Positions 38,886 through 52,359 of a DNA stretch of 64,000 nt are shown here, piece by piece (position 1 is the first letter of the stretch; each line of letters starts with the position of its first letter). The notes under the pieces are model-generated. The model ran no database searches. It saw nothing but the letters and a program-made list of their open reading frames with translations, and was not told the origin of the DNA. Source of the stretch: Octopus sinensis (Eukaryota). The position numbers and the translations under genes were made by a program. The stretch lies in contig NC_042997.1 of NCBI RefSeq assembly GCF_006345805.1, positions 28,024,001-28,088,000 of the forward strand, read 5' to 3'.

Positions 38886-39224
38886 TTACCAGTATATATG
38901 ATATCCATGGAGTCACTCATTACTGACTGATACTTCCTTTGATTTCATTAATACCTATTCCCTCAGTAGACATATTATCTACAACTCACTCGATCAAATA
39001 AGCCTAACAACAGATATAGGAATCAAGATATCCTCTGATTCAACCTGATTTTCGGTTCGCATAAAGGTGGATAAATGTAAGGAAAAAATAAAAGTAAATG
39101 TCTTACAGCTCTTTCTGGGATATCCTAGGTATTGGATTAATATGTTTGAATATGTTGATCAAAGCACACACACACGCATACGCACACTCACACACACTCA
39201 CACACACATACGTCTTTTATATTT

Positions 39225-39440
39225 TACGTTTACTTGTTTTAGTCATTGGAGTCCAACTTGTACTTATTTTTGAAAGCCTTATTCTTATTCTATCACTGTC
39301 TTTTGCCAAACTATTAACATACGGGTACGCAAGCTCACCAACACCGGTTGTCAAGTGATGGTGGGACACAAATACGGACTCACACAAAACACATAGACGC
39401 ACCCACACACGCACACACACATACACACACACACGTACAC
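39225..39440 (-). mobile_element. SINE family A, 3' half, decayed
   Basis: TTACTTGTTTTAGTCATT...CACCAACACCGGTTGTCAAGTGATGGTGGG matches 30585-30780. Confidence 0.7.
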
Positions 39441-39577
39441 ACACGTGCTATTGATTCCTTTTCCTTAGGACTATTCCTGTTCATCTTTCCGACGAAGAGC
39501 TATTAATACATTCCCTGTGCACACCCTCCTCTTGTTGCCTGTTATTTCTAATTTTATTGCTCGTTATCTGAACTGAC

Positions 39578-39624
<47 letters not shown>

Positions 39625-41340
39625 TAGTTGTATACTGTCAACTTAATGTGACAGTCCCATGAAGCGAATCACACTACTGCTATTTAGCCCTAGGAAGCAG
39701 CAACGCTTCCTGTCGGCCTTGACACATTTCCTGTGTATACAAAGGGGAGATAATGTAATATTTCTCTCTCCCTCTCTCCCTCTCTTTGTATATATATAGA
39801 AAGAGAGAGAGAGAGTGAGAGAGAGAGAGAGAGAGAAAGAAAGAGAGGCAATTATGAGGAAAACAAATGAGATATATTAAATATAATAGTTTGGTCACGA
39901 AATGAAAAATAATTATATATGTATATATGTATATATGTAGACGAGAGAAAGCAAAAGTGGAGATTTTTTAGACGAATATATAGATATTTATATTGATAGA
40001 TACTGCTTACACTGAGTACAAACGATGAAAAAAACAGCTGCTTCTGGGGTCTTGGTGACCCATGATAATGTTCGTAGGTTAGTAGATCACAATATGCGGC
40101 AGTAATCAACGTTGGATTAGACGAGCCTACGTCATTAGGTTAGAGAGCTTACGTTTCAGATCTTGATGCAGAGAGGTTCAATGATGGAATGATTAAATGT
40201 GGAGAGCTAGCTGTATTAGAGGGGAGAAGTGGGTGGATCTTTGGGGTTATAGGGCATGTTAAGACAGTGGGTAGTGAGCGGTACTAAAGGGGCTAGTTCA
40301 AGATGAGGGAGGTGGTAAATAATGAGGGTATTATTGGAGGTGGTAATATTGATTTCAAGCGCGCTACCGAGCACACACGAACTGTTTCTCACATCCATAT
40401 ATATATATAATAATATGGTTGGGAAAAAAACGTCTCACCACACAGCCATGTCTGCACCTCTCCACAGACACACACATATATATATGCATATATGCATCAT
40501 ACATGCACACACACACACATACATACATGTGCGTATGCTCTGTTTATTGGGATGTCTACTTATAAAAGTGCTAGCTTCAAATTTATGCTGCCGAGGTCAG
40601 TTATGCAAGTAATGTAGACATTGTGTATAACATTTGTTTTATGCTTCTGTTGCTATATATTTAAAGTACCTGGAGCATCACATGACCTGAAAATTTTATC
40701 CTAATTGAGGAGCGTCCTTTCTAGGTAAGATAAATCTCTCATCCGCTTAACAGTATAACAACCTGGATCCACGTATCAGCAATATAAAGCTTTCTAGCTT
40801 TATATTGCAAATTCCCACACATACACGCTTGTATACACAAAGAGATTCTACTTACTCGCGCGCGCGCACACACACACACACACAAACGTCTACACTCACG
40901 CTTTCAAGTAATACTGATCCTATTAAAATGTATACGTCACTATAAAAACATGTGATATAAGAACTTTCATGCGCGCTGAAGAAACACGCACAGCTACACA
41001 CACTTATAATAGAGTCTGCATCATTTACAGCCACTCACTCTTCCGTGTGTGTATGATTATATGTGTGCGTTTGCGTAAATTGTTTATATATATATATACA
41101 TATATATTACACATACGTGTGTATATATAGAATGAGTAGGTTTGTATGTACAGCCATTTTCCATTAACAATTATTTGTTTTTCCATTATCTATCTATCTA
41201 TCTCAAATGCCTTTTACCTTCTCCGTCTCACGTTCTCGCTTTTCAAAGTATTCCATACATATAGACGCAACAACAACACACACACACACACGCACGCGCG
41301 CGCGCACACACAGACTCGCAATCCACATAGACATACATAC

Positions 41341-41900
41341 ATTATTTGCATTATTTAAATTTGACGGTTAATTGTGCTCATCCTGTTTGTTGTTAACACA
41401 ACGTTTTGGCTGATATACACTCCATCCTTCATCAAGTGTCTTGGGGAAATTTCGAACCTGGGTTCTCATTCCTAAGTTATTCTTCGATGTTGTTATAATA
41501 ATTATTATTATTATAATTGCCTTTGCACAGCTTCTAACGCTGAAGATGTACTACAGTGTTAGCCGTTCCCTAGCAGTGAACTAAGGTAACACCTCTTATT
41601 TTTCGAGTACCTTCCGGAGTATTCGAGCGGTTCCAAGCAGTACAGTTTTCTGCAAGTGCTCCACCCTTATTGCAGCCCCTATTTGTTCCACGTAGTTCTC
41701 GAGATTTTTGTTCACTGTTCCCAGGGCTCCGACAATTATTGGTAATACTAGTACTTTTTTCATCGACCGCAACTGCTTAACTTCCCACGATAACCTTACA
41801 TATCTCTCGACTTTTCTTTCTTCATTATATTATACTTGTTATTATACAGGTCACTACCTGGAATCGAACTCGGAATCTAATATTAGATTTCGTGCACCTG
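41341..41900 (-). mobile_element. tRNA-headed, hammerhead-tailed SINE (family D), split by an RLE-LINE fragment
   Basis: 41341-41490 is the reverse complement of ~42185-42345; 41848-41880 is the reverse complement of the B-box head at 42010-42040. Confidence 0.75.
41515..41820 (-). mobile_element. 3' end of an RLE-type (R4-like) LINE inserted in the SINE's (TTA)n tract
   Basis: ERKVERY...PIIVGALGTVNKNLENY...LQKTVLLGTARILRKVLEK*, homologous to the C-terminus at 18050-18260. Confidence 0.8.
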
Positions 41901-41943
41901 AGCACTGTATACAATAATTTCATTAAATATTATATTTTTTTTC

Positions 41944-42363
<420 letters not shown>

Positions 42364-43130
42364 TGCATACATACGTTGTTTTGATTTCTTACGTTGCCAA
42401 AGACAAAGGTACTTAGAGGATTGAGCGCTAGTCACTTGACTACATATCTAATATTCTTTTCGGCATGAGAGTGAATGCGGGCTACGGGCAGAATGGATTC
42501 GTACGTAGATGAATGAAAAGATATACTATCTATTTCATTAGACTCTCAACTTTTAGATATTAGTTTAAATTGAAATGTTACAACCAATCTCTTTCCACTA
42601 AAAGGGCTGGTCTATGTATGGTAATAACATATTGTCCCCAATTAACACAATCCACGCATCATTGCAACGAATTATAATTATGTTATCCAATGTATATCAA
42701 AGAAGAATACACTTAAAAGAAAGATAAATATGTGTGTCTGTTTGTTTGCTTGTATGTGTGAGTGTGTGCGCGTGTGTGTATCATAAAATGAGATGTCAAT
42801 CGCTGTTCACTAGAGGAATCACAAAATATCGTCAAAATTCTTCCGAAATTCCTTGTATATATAAAAAAAAATTATTTAATTCATTTTGCAGAAAGGATTG
42901 CTTCGGCCGGATCGTGTTCTGCCCTTACTTTCGAAACACGCATTGTGAGTCGAACCAGGGGGAGCTGATGATGGGGAATATTCCTTGTATTGTTTGTCTT
43001 GTACCCTGTTTTTTCGTTGTTAAAAATGTCCGTTTTCTTGTTTGTTTTTATGTTTTCGTTTCTCGGTGTGTTCTACGTTTATTTGTGGTGTCCTGTACTC
43101 ATATATATATTATATATATGTATATATATA

Positions 43131-43195
<65 letters not shown>

Positions 43196-43278
43196 ATATA
43201 TGCATATATATATACATATAGATGTAGGTATGTACATATATGTATGTATGTATGCATATGTTTTATTTGTTAAATTGT

Positions 43279-43313
<35 letters not shown>

Positions 43314-43319
43314 AAATAG

Positions 43320-43712
43320 GCACATGTGGTAAGTAGCTTACTTACTAACCATATTGTTCCAGGTTCAGTCCCACTGCGTCACACCTTAAGCAAGAGTCTT
43401 CTGTTTTAGCCTCGGGCCGTCCAAAGCTTTCTGAGTGGATTTGGTAGACGGAAACTGAATGAAGCACGTTGTATGTATATATATGTAAGTGTGTGTGTGT
43501 ATGTTTGTGTCTGTGTTTGTGACCTCCATCATTATTTGACAACCGATGTTGATGTGTTTACGTCCCCGAAATGTAGCGGTTCGGCAAAAGAAACCGATTG
43601 AGTAGGTACTAGGATTACAAAAAATAAATGCTAGGGTTGATTTGTTCGACTAAAGGCGGTGCTCCAGCATGGCCGCAGTCAAATAACTGAAACAAGTAAA
43701 AATAAAGAGTAA
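43320..43712 (+). mobile_element. tRNA-derived SINE, family A
   Basis: Head TGTGGTAAGTAGC...GGTTCAGTCCCACTGCG, central GT repeat, tail GGCGGTGCTCCAGCATGGCCGCAGTC...GAAACAAGTAAAA. Confidence 0.9.
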
Positions 43713-44189
43713 AAAAAAGAATGAAAGAAAAATATGTGTGTGCGCGTGCGTGCCTCTGTGAGTTCGTATGTCTGCGTGTGACTATGAGTGTGTGTGTGTG
43801 TGCCTGCGTGTGTGTTTATGTATGTATGGACCGAGACGTAGAAATGCTCGAGTTGATATCCGGGGGCGGAGTAAGCCCAATGGGAATGAGGAGAAGGATA
43901 AATTGTACGATAAATTGTATGTAAAAATGTAAAAATGCGCCGCTCTTGCATTTGGTTTTGCTAATGAGAATCGTTTTTATGTTCTGCATACCTCACTCGA
44001 CATAAAACCCTACGGACATTCTTGATACAATATGTCAGCGGTATTTATGCTCGTCTAACGACTAGACCGCCATAATATATGTATGTATTTATGCATGTAT
44101 GTATGTATGTATATATGTATGTTTGTATGTATGTATGCATGTATGCATGCATGTACATTTGTGTTTGCCTGTATTTTGGTTTTTGTTGT

Positions 44190-44425
44190 GCTTGTTCCTC
44201 CCACCTCTTGACAACCGATGCTGGTTTGTTTCCGTCCCCGTTACTTAACGATTTGGCAAAAGAAGCAATACAACTAACACAGGTTTAAAAAAAATAAAAC
44301 CCAAAAACGAAAACGAACAAACGAAAATATAATAAGCACTGGGATCAATTTCTCCGACAAAACCTTTCTAAGTGGTGCCCCAGCATAGCCGCATCGCAGT
44401 AACTGAAACAAACTAAAGATAAAAG
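44190..44425 (+). mobile_element. SINE family A, 3' half
   Basis: TTGACAACCGATGCTGG...GGTGCCCCAGCATAGCCG...ACTGAAACAAACTAAAG matches 43535-43700. Confidence 0.7.
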
Positions 44426-45245
44426 ATAAAGAAATGATATCTAAAATGTTTAATGCCTTTCAGGAATATAAGACGAATTTATCAGCGCCAAACATTGAAG
44501 GCTATGTTGAAAAGCTCTTGTTTATAACAACGCAGGCTTTCCTTGCCTTTTGAAAATAAAAGCAGTTGAATTCGGACAATGATATCGCGTCCCAACATCC
44601 CTAGATGATGTCATATGTGTCAAACGCTGCCTGCTAAGATTCACCTTTGTTTTTCTTTATACAGCAAAACCCAGTCTAAACTTGGAATTACATGTGTCGC
44701 AAGATAAGTGACACGTGAGCACAGTATTTGTATTTTGTAACAGTGGTTACACAATCAACAATTACTCTTAAAATCATACAGCCCACCACCAAAAGAGAAG
44801 GGGAAAAGGAAATAAACGAAATGTTTCACACAAGTTAACGACTATATACATAAACAACGAAATTATACAAGAGACAAACCAATAAAAAAATGTAAACCAG
44901 GAGTTCATGAAAGCTGGTTGTGGTCTGCATCGGTAAAAGTTAATCCAGAAAACTTCATAGAAAAAACAGAAGGAAAAAAAAATACATAGAATTTATTTGC
45001 CGTGGGATAAATGTCTGAAATGTTAGATCTTGCACTTGTCAAGGAAAAAATTACGCAGTATTTATTTTTCTGCGAACTTTATAATCTAATAAAAGCCAGG
45101 AGCAACTCGAAATAAGACACAATACCACACACAGTGATAATACACCACAACATCACCCAATGAATGCAAGAAGTAACAAAAAAAAAAGCGAAATTAAAGC
45201 ATGTACATTTCCACACACACACACATTATGGATATATATATATAT

Positions 45246-45300
<55 letters not shown>

Positions 45301-45999
45301 TATATATAAAGTTGTAGACGCTATAATAATTTTAGTTTTATATATATATTATAATATATATATATATAGAGAGAGAGAGATGTATATTTATGTGTTTGTA
45401 TGTATATATGTACGAAGAAAAATCCAGGTATATGAAACAACATACAATATTTAATTTTCGATATTTCAAACATTTTTGTCTACTATAGAAGATTCCAAAA
45501 TTACAAAGACCAAGAATTTTACAAAACTTAAATTCAATTAAGAAAAAGGACAGATATATTGTCTGAAGGCAAAAAGATACCCGGGGAAACGTGTTTCCTC
45601 CTTAATTGATATCATCAACACAACAATTGCTATTCCTAACTTCCCTTATCCAAGAGACTTCAGCATATACAACAAAAAAAGGGTAGAATACATTAATGGT
45701 GAATTCTATGGGTTGCTAAGACAGTTGGTCGAGCAACTGATATCTACTTTTCGAAACCTATGTAGAACTATCCACATCTATGTCCATTTGTCTGTTTGTC
45801 TGTCTCTAGCCCTCTGTGTAATATATATATATAATATATATTATATATATATATATATAATTATATATATATATATATATACATACATACACACACACAC
45901 GCATATATATATATAATATATATATAATAATATTAGGGAATAAATCCAATCTTACAGGGAAAATCAGATTTAGGATTGAATCCAATTTTAAAGTAAAAT

Positions 46000-46390
46000 A
46001 TTATATTATATTAAATTAGAGACAAAACCACTATTAGGCAAATAATACAATGAAAAACTTAAGCCATACATACGATTATTTATTTATATTATTTAAATAT
46101 ATATCAAAATTATTAAAAAAATATAATTAATATATCACTACGATCGTTTCATGGCTCTTAATTTCTTTAAATTTTCGAGTTACAGTCTCGAAAATTTAAA
46201 GAAATTAACTCGAAAATTTAAAGAAATTAACAGCCATGAAACGATCGTAGTGATATATAATTATTATTCTTTTAATAATTTTTTATATAGATTAAATAAT
46301 GTAAATTAAATAATCTTATGTATTGGCTTAAGTTTTTCATTGTATTATTTGCCTAATAGTGGTTTTGTCTCTAATTTAATATAATATAAT
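46000..46390. repeat. ~190-bp-arm inverted repeat (hairpin) embedded in (AT)n
   Basis: Outer 67 bp are perfect reverse complements; 7-nt loop TTACAGT at 46180-46186; 22-bp tandem duplication at 46187-46230. Confidence 0.92.
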
Positions 46391-46392
46391 AT

Positions 46393-46439
<47 letters not shown>

Positions 46440-48215
46440 TAAGATCTAAAGAACTAAGTGTCGGAAGTGTGACATCTTCGATTAGTCCGTGGTAGGGATA
46501 AAAAACAACGTTCAGGAACAACAGTAATACATTGATGTCGAAGGTTTTAGGCTTTTCTCTTATCGGAGTTTTTTAAGCTGAAAAAATGTAACATTCATAT
46601 AATTAAGATATCTTCAGCCTAATGAGAAGCTAGCAGAGTACTCCTCATGGAGTGATTATTACATCAGAGGAAACATATGTAGCCTGGCCAGCTCGTTCGG
46701 TTGATTCCGGACTTGCTAGTCTATCAGAGCACTTTAGATCCTGTTTGTAGCAATGTAGGTATTATTCACACTCATAGTCAAGCATATGTATGTGTGTGTG
46801 TGTTTGTATGTGTATTTACATATGAATGTGTCTATGTATATGTATATTTATACATGGACGTGTGTTTGTGCGTGTGAGTGTGTGCGCATGTATATAACTA
46901 CAAAATAGGCAGCAAAGCATGATACAGAATAAAAGGGTTGCATCAACAATTTTAACAACGATAATAGCCTCTGGTGGTCGCATTATCTGTTTGAAATAGC
47001 ACCCAAATACCTTTCAAATTACACGCTTAGAGCTTTAATAAATGAAAGGATACAGTGTGATAAAGACTTCTATATATCTAGAAAGATATTGAGATGGTTA
47101 TGGCGAGAATCATTCTCATAAGACGTCTGATCAATCAATCCTGATATTTGATTAAACAACAATAAATCTAATAACGGCTGCGCTATTACATCAAAAGTCT
47201 CGATGAAAGTTCGAAATAGGAGACAACAAGTTTCAACTTGGTCGATCAACTTGTTATAACTCTTAGTAACATTTTCTTCAGATCACAACCAATTGTCTCA
47301 TTGAAAATAAGAAAGTAGTTAATGAAACTTTGTATTTACTTAAACGGCTGATCAAGATTCAAACGTCTTTCCTCGTGTGTCTTCTCCATTAAGACTTGAC
47401 CGCGACAAAACAACAACAACAACAACAGTAGAAGCAACAATTTTAATTAATATATACACCAACAGTAAATATTTTTACTTCTCCAAAATGAAATATATAA
47501 ATATTTACAAAGAACACTTGATTTATTGTAACTTCCACAATTACCAGAAAAGTTAATGGGCAATTGGTAATACGTAGAAAATTGCAAGCATGTCTAAACA
47601 GTTAGGAAATGAACAAAGTTTGTACTCGCCAACATTTTTAAACAACGCTGTTAAATAAAAAGAAAATGGGTAAAATACTTTAGAACTGAAACATGCCTTC
47701 CTTAAGAATTGATAGAAGACGTGTCCTTGTCAAATTGAATCAAGATTGTTATGTATGTAAATCAGAATAAAGATTCAAACCACTAAGCACAATTCTCACA
47801 TCATCCACAAGTTTTAACAAGACATATGAAGGAATTAACAGCAAAACATCTCCAACAAGCCCAATATATATATATAAACACCTTCAAACCATACGCGAAT
47901 TCTCAAACAATTTATAAAGGGAAAATACTTGACAAAATTTTAATAAGATAAACCAGCAAACTTTCAGTCATCGAACCTACATAGAATATAGTCCTCGTAT
48001 TCAGAATGTTTGATAGATTTATAGAAGCGCCGTTGTGATACATGTCGTATCATAATCATTCTTAAACCGAACTGAAACTATTTAAAAAAAAATAAAAGTA
48101 AACAAACAGGGAGAAAGAAAGAAACAAGTGAATAGTGTGAACGGGAGAATGAGTCTATGCGTGTGTGTGTTCGTGTGAGAGAAAGAGAGAGAGAGCGAGA
48201 TATAGACAGACAGTG

Positions 48216-48254
<39 letters not shown>

Positions 48255-50919
48255 AAAGCGTATCCACCATAGCATTAGAAAGTTTTTTTTATTTATCAAC
48301 TCGAAAAATCTGTAAGCAAAGTTGATCTCGGTGGTAGTTGACCATAGTTCGCAGAGATCAGTAATGATTACTGCAATACAATCTATTCAATTGTGTACCA
48401 ACTTCGAAGGCCGTACAGTATAGTAACCTGACATAAAAATTTGGAATATGCTGAATAATATACCACGATTTTATGTTTTATAAAATCGACCCAATGATTT
48501 CTAAATCTTTGCAAAATATTCATGGAAGATGATTCGCAGGTGACATCACTCACAGCCTCTCCCACTTGCCAGTGTCAGCTGATACAACTTAACTAATCTT
48601 ACATCAATCGCATAGAAATTTGCTCCTCGACTTAAAGTAACATTTATCGAATTCAGCCTTACTGTTTTTCTCTAAAACATCTTGCTACATTAAATAAAGC
48701 TTAACATTCCACTCAAGACTATTACCATACCATACCATACCATACAAACACATTTACACACACACATACAGATATAGAGAAAGACGAAGAGAGCGAGGGA
48801 GAGAGAGAGAAATCAAAAATACTTATTTCAGAGAATAAAACTTCAATATTCACATCACACACAAGAAATCGATGTACTTGCAAGCCAAAAGGATTGGCAT
48901 AGACTCTGTTTGTTAAAGATGAAAAAAGGAAAAATTAGACCAGAAGCAATATGTTATATCCATCGCTGTATATGCTTCTGATGCACTGGGTTCTCAATCC
49001 CTCAATAAAGTATCATTTCAAACTACAATTACACAAAACAATAGAATTTTCAGCATTCTAACATACACCGATCACATATACAGTCAACCTACACAATGAA
49101 AGAAAATTACTCAGAGTGAAAGACTTTTAGATCAAGGAAATATGAAAGGTGGATATGCAAGATAAATTATAAATATACGCAAGATTTGTAAAAACGCTGG
49201 AATTTTGAAGTAATCACCACGGGGTACAATTCAAAGACACATCTTCAGGTTCAGTATATAGTATTGTTTAAAAAATGTGGTCAGATAAGTCCTTTGGAAA
49301 TCATGAGTTGCAAATATAATTAATCACGTATTATACGTTGCCCATTTTATTTCATCCGACTATTTTGTGATATATTCTTTACAACGAGTAATCCAACATT
49401 ATTGGATACGACGAATAGATACGTAAGGAGAAACAAGTCATAATCTCTATCCTATGTATTTGTGGAGCAAACATTTACGATGCATCACACACAAACCGCC
49501 TATAACCTTAAACAGGATATCAAAAATAATCCGAACTCACAAAAGCACAAAGCAGATATTATTGATATTTGGTAACGTTTATGTACATTTTATGAAATGC
49601 ACAGAAATAATCGAAATGCTGTTTCTCGATGCTATTAAAGCAACTTCTACTTTTCAAGTAGTTACTTATAAACGGGAGTTTCAAGAAATCTGAATGATCA
49701 TTAATACTGATTATAGAACTTCTTTTTGAGGAGGACTTTCGTGTAACGTGGACAAAATGTGAGACAGCAATTTTACATGCAAAACACCAATAGCTAAATT
49801 TGTGTATGATAAAGATCTAACAGGGGCAAGATTTATGATGTGTGATCTGTTCATGTAACAGTTAAAAGGGCTTTGTGATTTTGCAGGTTCAAAATACAAA
49901 ACAAAAAAACTATTACAATATGATATTATAGGATTTTTGTCTACGCTGCTAGAAGTTCAAAGAATTCCTTACAATTTTGCTCTTTTGGGAATAATATTTT
50001 ACAAAAGAACACTGCTAGAAACTGATAGGAGTATTTTCTAAACATGGTTTTGAATAAAAAGCATTTGTAGTTTGTACATGAACAGTTTAGCCTTTTCAAT
50101 ATATTGATTCTGGACGCGGAAAATAACAATACCAACAATACAGATATCAAACTAGAAAGGCATAATGTTTTCACAAATATATAAAAGGAGAAACATAAGT
50201 AAATTTATTCGTAGGCAACCTGTAAAAAATGGCGAAAGATTTGAAAAAATATGGTGAAAGAATTTAACAGAGATCGATAGAAGGAGAACACTGGAAAGGC
50301 GGAAGAAATTGTGCGATTAAATTCTAAAGACATAGCTTTTAAGCAGTATACAGATGGATTGGAAAGCAAAAAATAAATATTGATCAATATGAAATTGTGA
50401 TTGTAAAGAGATTTTGAAACTCCTTCGACAGAAATTTGGGCAACGTAAAATATTACGAGTGAGGAAAGTCGTAAAATATTTTCTCATTGCATGGAAAGGC
50501 ATATTTGTAAGTAGAATACATTCTTTCATTTCTTTATTATTACAGCAACAACTGAACGGATGTCTTCAGTAATAGATAATATGTAGTCGGAAGAGAAGGG
50601 GAATACGGTAAAAGAGTTTTCTCTTGACTAAAATAAATATTTCCCTAAGATGATCAGAATTTTTTGATAACATTTAAAATTTCAGCAAATAGCTAACGAA
50701 AGTCTTTTCAACTGAAATATATGAAAATATTTGTGCTTGAATGCTTCATTATTTGACAAAACTTGTTTTCAGTATAAATTATTTTTAAGCACCACTACAC
50801 TTCTAGACAAAAGTTTACTCAATTGTGCTATCAGATGAAGAATTGTTGCTGTCGAATATTTTCCCGCTTTCTCTTTTGATCTCTTCCATTTTTTCCCTTC
50901 TCTCTTACTCTGTCCTTAG

Positions 50920-51150
50920 CCGGCTCACAACTTTCTATATGATGATCCTTTCTACTATAAGGACAAGGTCTGAAATTTGGTGGGAGGGAACTAGTCTCTA
51001 ATATCAACAAGTGCTCAAATATACTTATTTTATCGATCCCAAAAGGATGAAAGACAAAGTCAACCTTGGCGGAAATAGAACTCAGAACACACAGGTGGAC
51101 GAAATTCTGCCACGCATTTTGTTCGGCTTGCTACCGATTCTGCTTTAAGC
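50920..51150 (-). mobile_element. SINE family C, decayed
   Basis: TACTTATTTTATCGATCCCAAAAGGATGAAAGACAAAGTCAACCTTGGCGG; same motif as 19560-19700. Confidence 0.65.
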
Positions 51151-51567
51151 TTCTGTATGATTATGACAAGTAATATCAGATACCAGATCATATACATCAT
51201 TTCAGCACTTGCTAAAACAGCATATATAAAAGTAAAAAAAAAACTGAATATTTTTACAGTCAACATATCCCAGATCCTCTGGCTGGTGAGTAGAGGAGGC
51301 TCACTCCATCTTCATGCCCAAACCATATACTGTAGGTTTTCGAATCTTGTAGGATATTTCCATTAGTTCTAATTTCAAAACATAGTCGAAGTTGAAATCC
51401 CATTATTGTCGGTTTCAAATCTGCAATTTACCGAAAGATTATGACATAGAGAATATAATACCCACTCTCAGACATGGAATATAATATGTGCTCAGAGACA
51501 TACTAAACGCACCTACACAAAAAAGGGAACATATAAAGCCCTTAATTGAATGGAAACATCTTCTAGA

Positions 51568-51815
51568 CAGTGTTTTCCAAATTGGGAGGTACTACCGCCC
51601 CACCTCAGGGACGGTGGAAATATCCAGGGGGGGGGGGTTGTTGAAGAAAAGTGGGGTTGATAATGCGACGGGCAACAAATGATACGTTAATCAGTTTAAC
51701 TTCTATTTGTGAAAAGCAGTTGTTTTGATTTTGTTTCAGAAAGTATCCTGTGTTTGTGGTACTGAGTATAGGGGTACGAGGAACCTAGCCTGAGCTCGAA
51801 GTTTGGGAACCGGTG
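51568..51815. mobile_element. Possible hAT-type MITE
   Basis: CAGTGTTTTCCAAA ... TTTGGGAACCGGTG resemble CAGTGGTTCCCAAA-type TIRs; no clean 8-bp TSD. Confidence 0.4.
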
Positions 51816-52359
51816 AATTAGTCGATCAGTATTGAAATTATTCATAACACTGATCTACCAACTCGATGAATTGGAAAGTGGCATTTGCAATCTACTATAA
51901 TGGAATACAAGAATCAGGCTGACACAAGGTGCAACAAGGCTAATATTTTGTGTTATGTGTACAAACCAACTAAGAAACAACGACACAGTTTCTCTCGAAC
52001 TGCATTTCATAGAGAAGATTTAGTTCAAGTAATGCCTACATTAATAAATACCTGCTGAAGTACACTGCATAGATGTTCAACTTTGGACCCCGTGATTGTG
52101 AAGAGTCAAGCTTGGTCTTAAATACAAGTACACATGTATACGTACTACTATTCCACAATGTTTATACCAAATTAGTCAGAAACACAAAATAGGGTGCTCA
52201 TATGCACGCACATATATACAAAATAACTACACGTACATACATAATTACAAACATGCATAAACACAAATATAAACACACGTTTGTGTGTGTAGAAGTGTAT
52301 ATATATATATATATATATATAATTATAATACAAGAAGGAAAATGCACACAGTTTACACA

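Noticed and set aside
40140-40180. GAAACGTA half-hammerhead on the minus strand
   Set aside because: The 5' core reads CTGCATCA; too degenerate to support.
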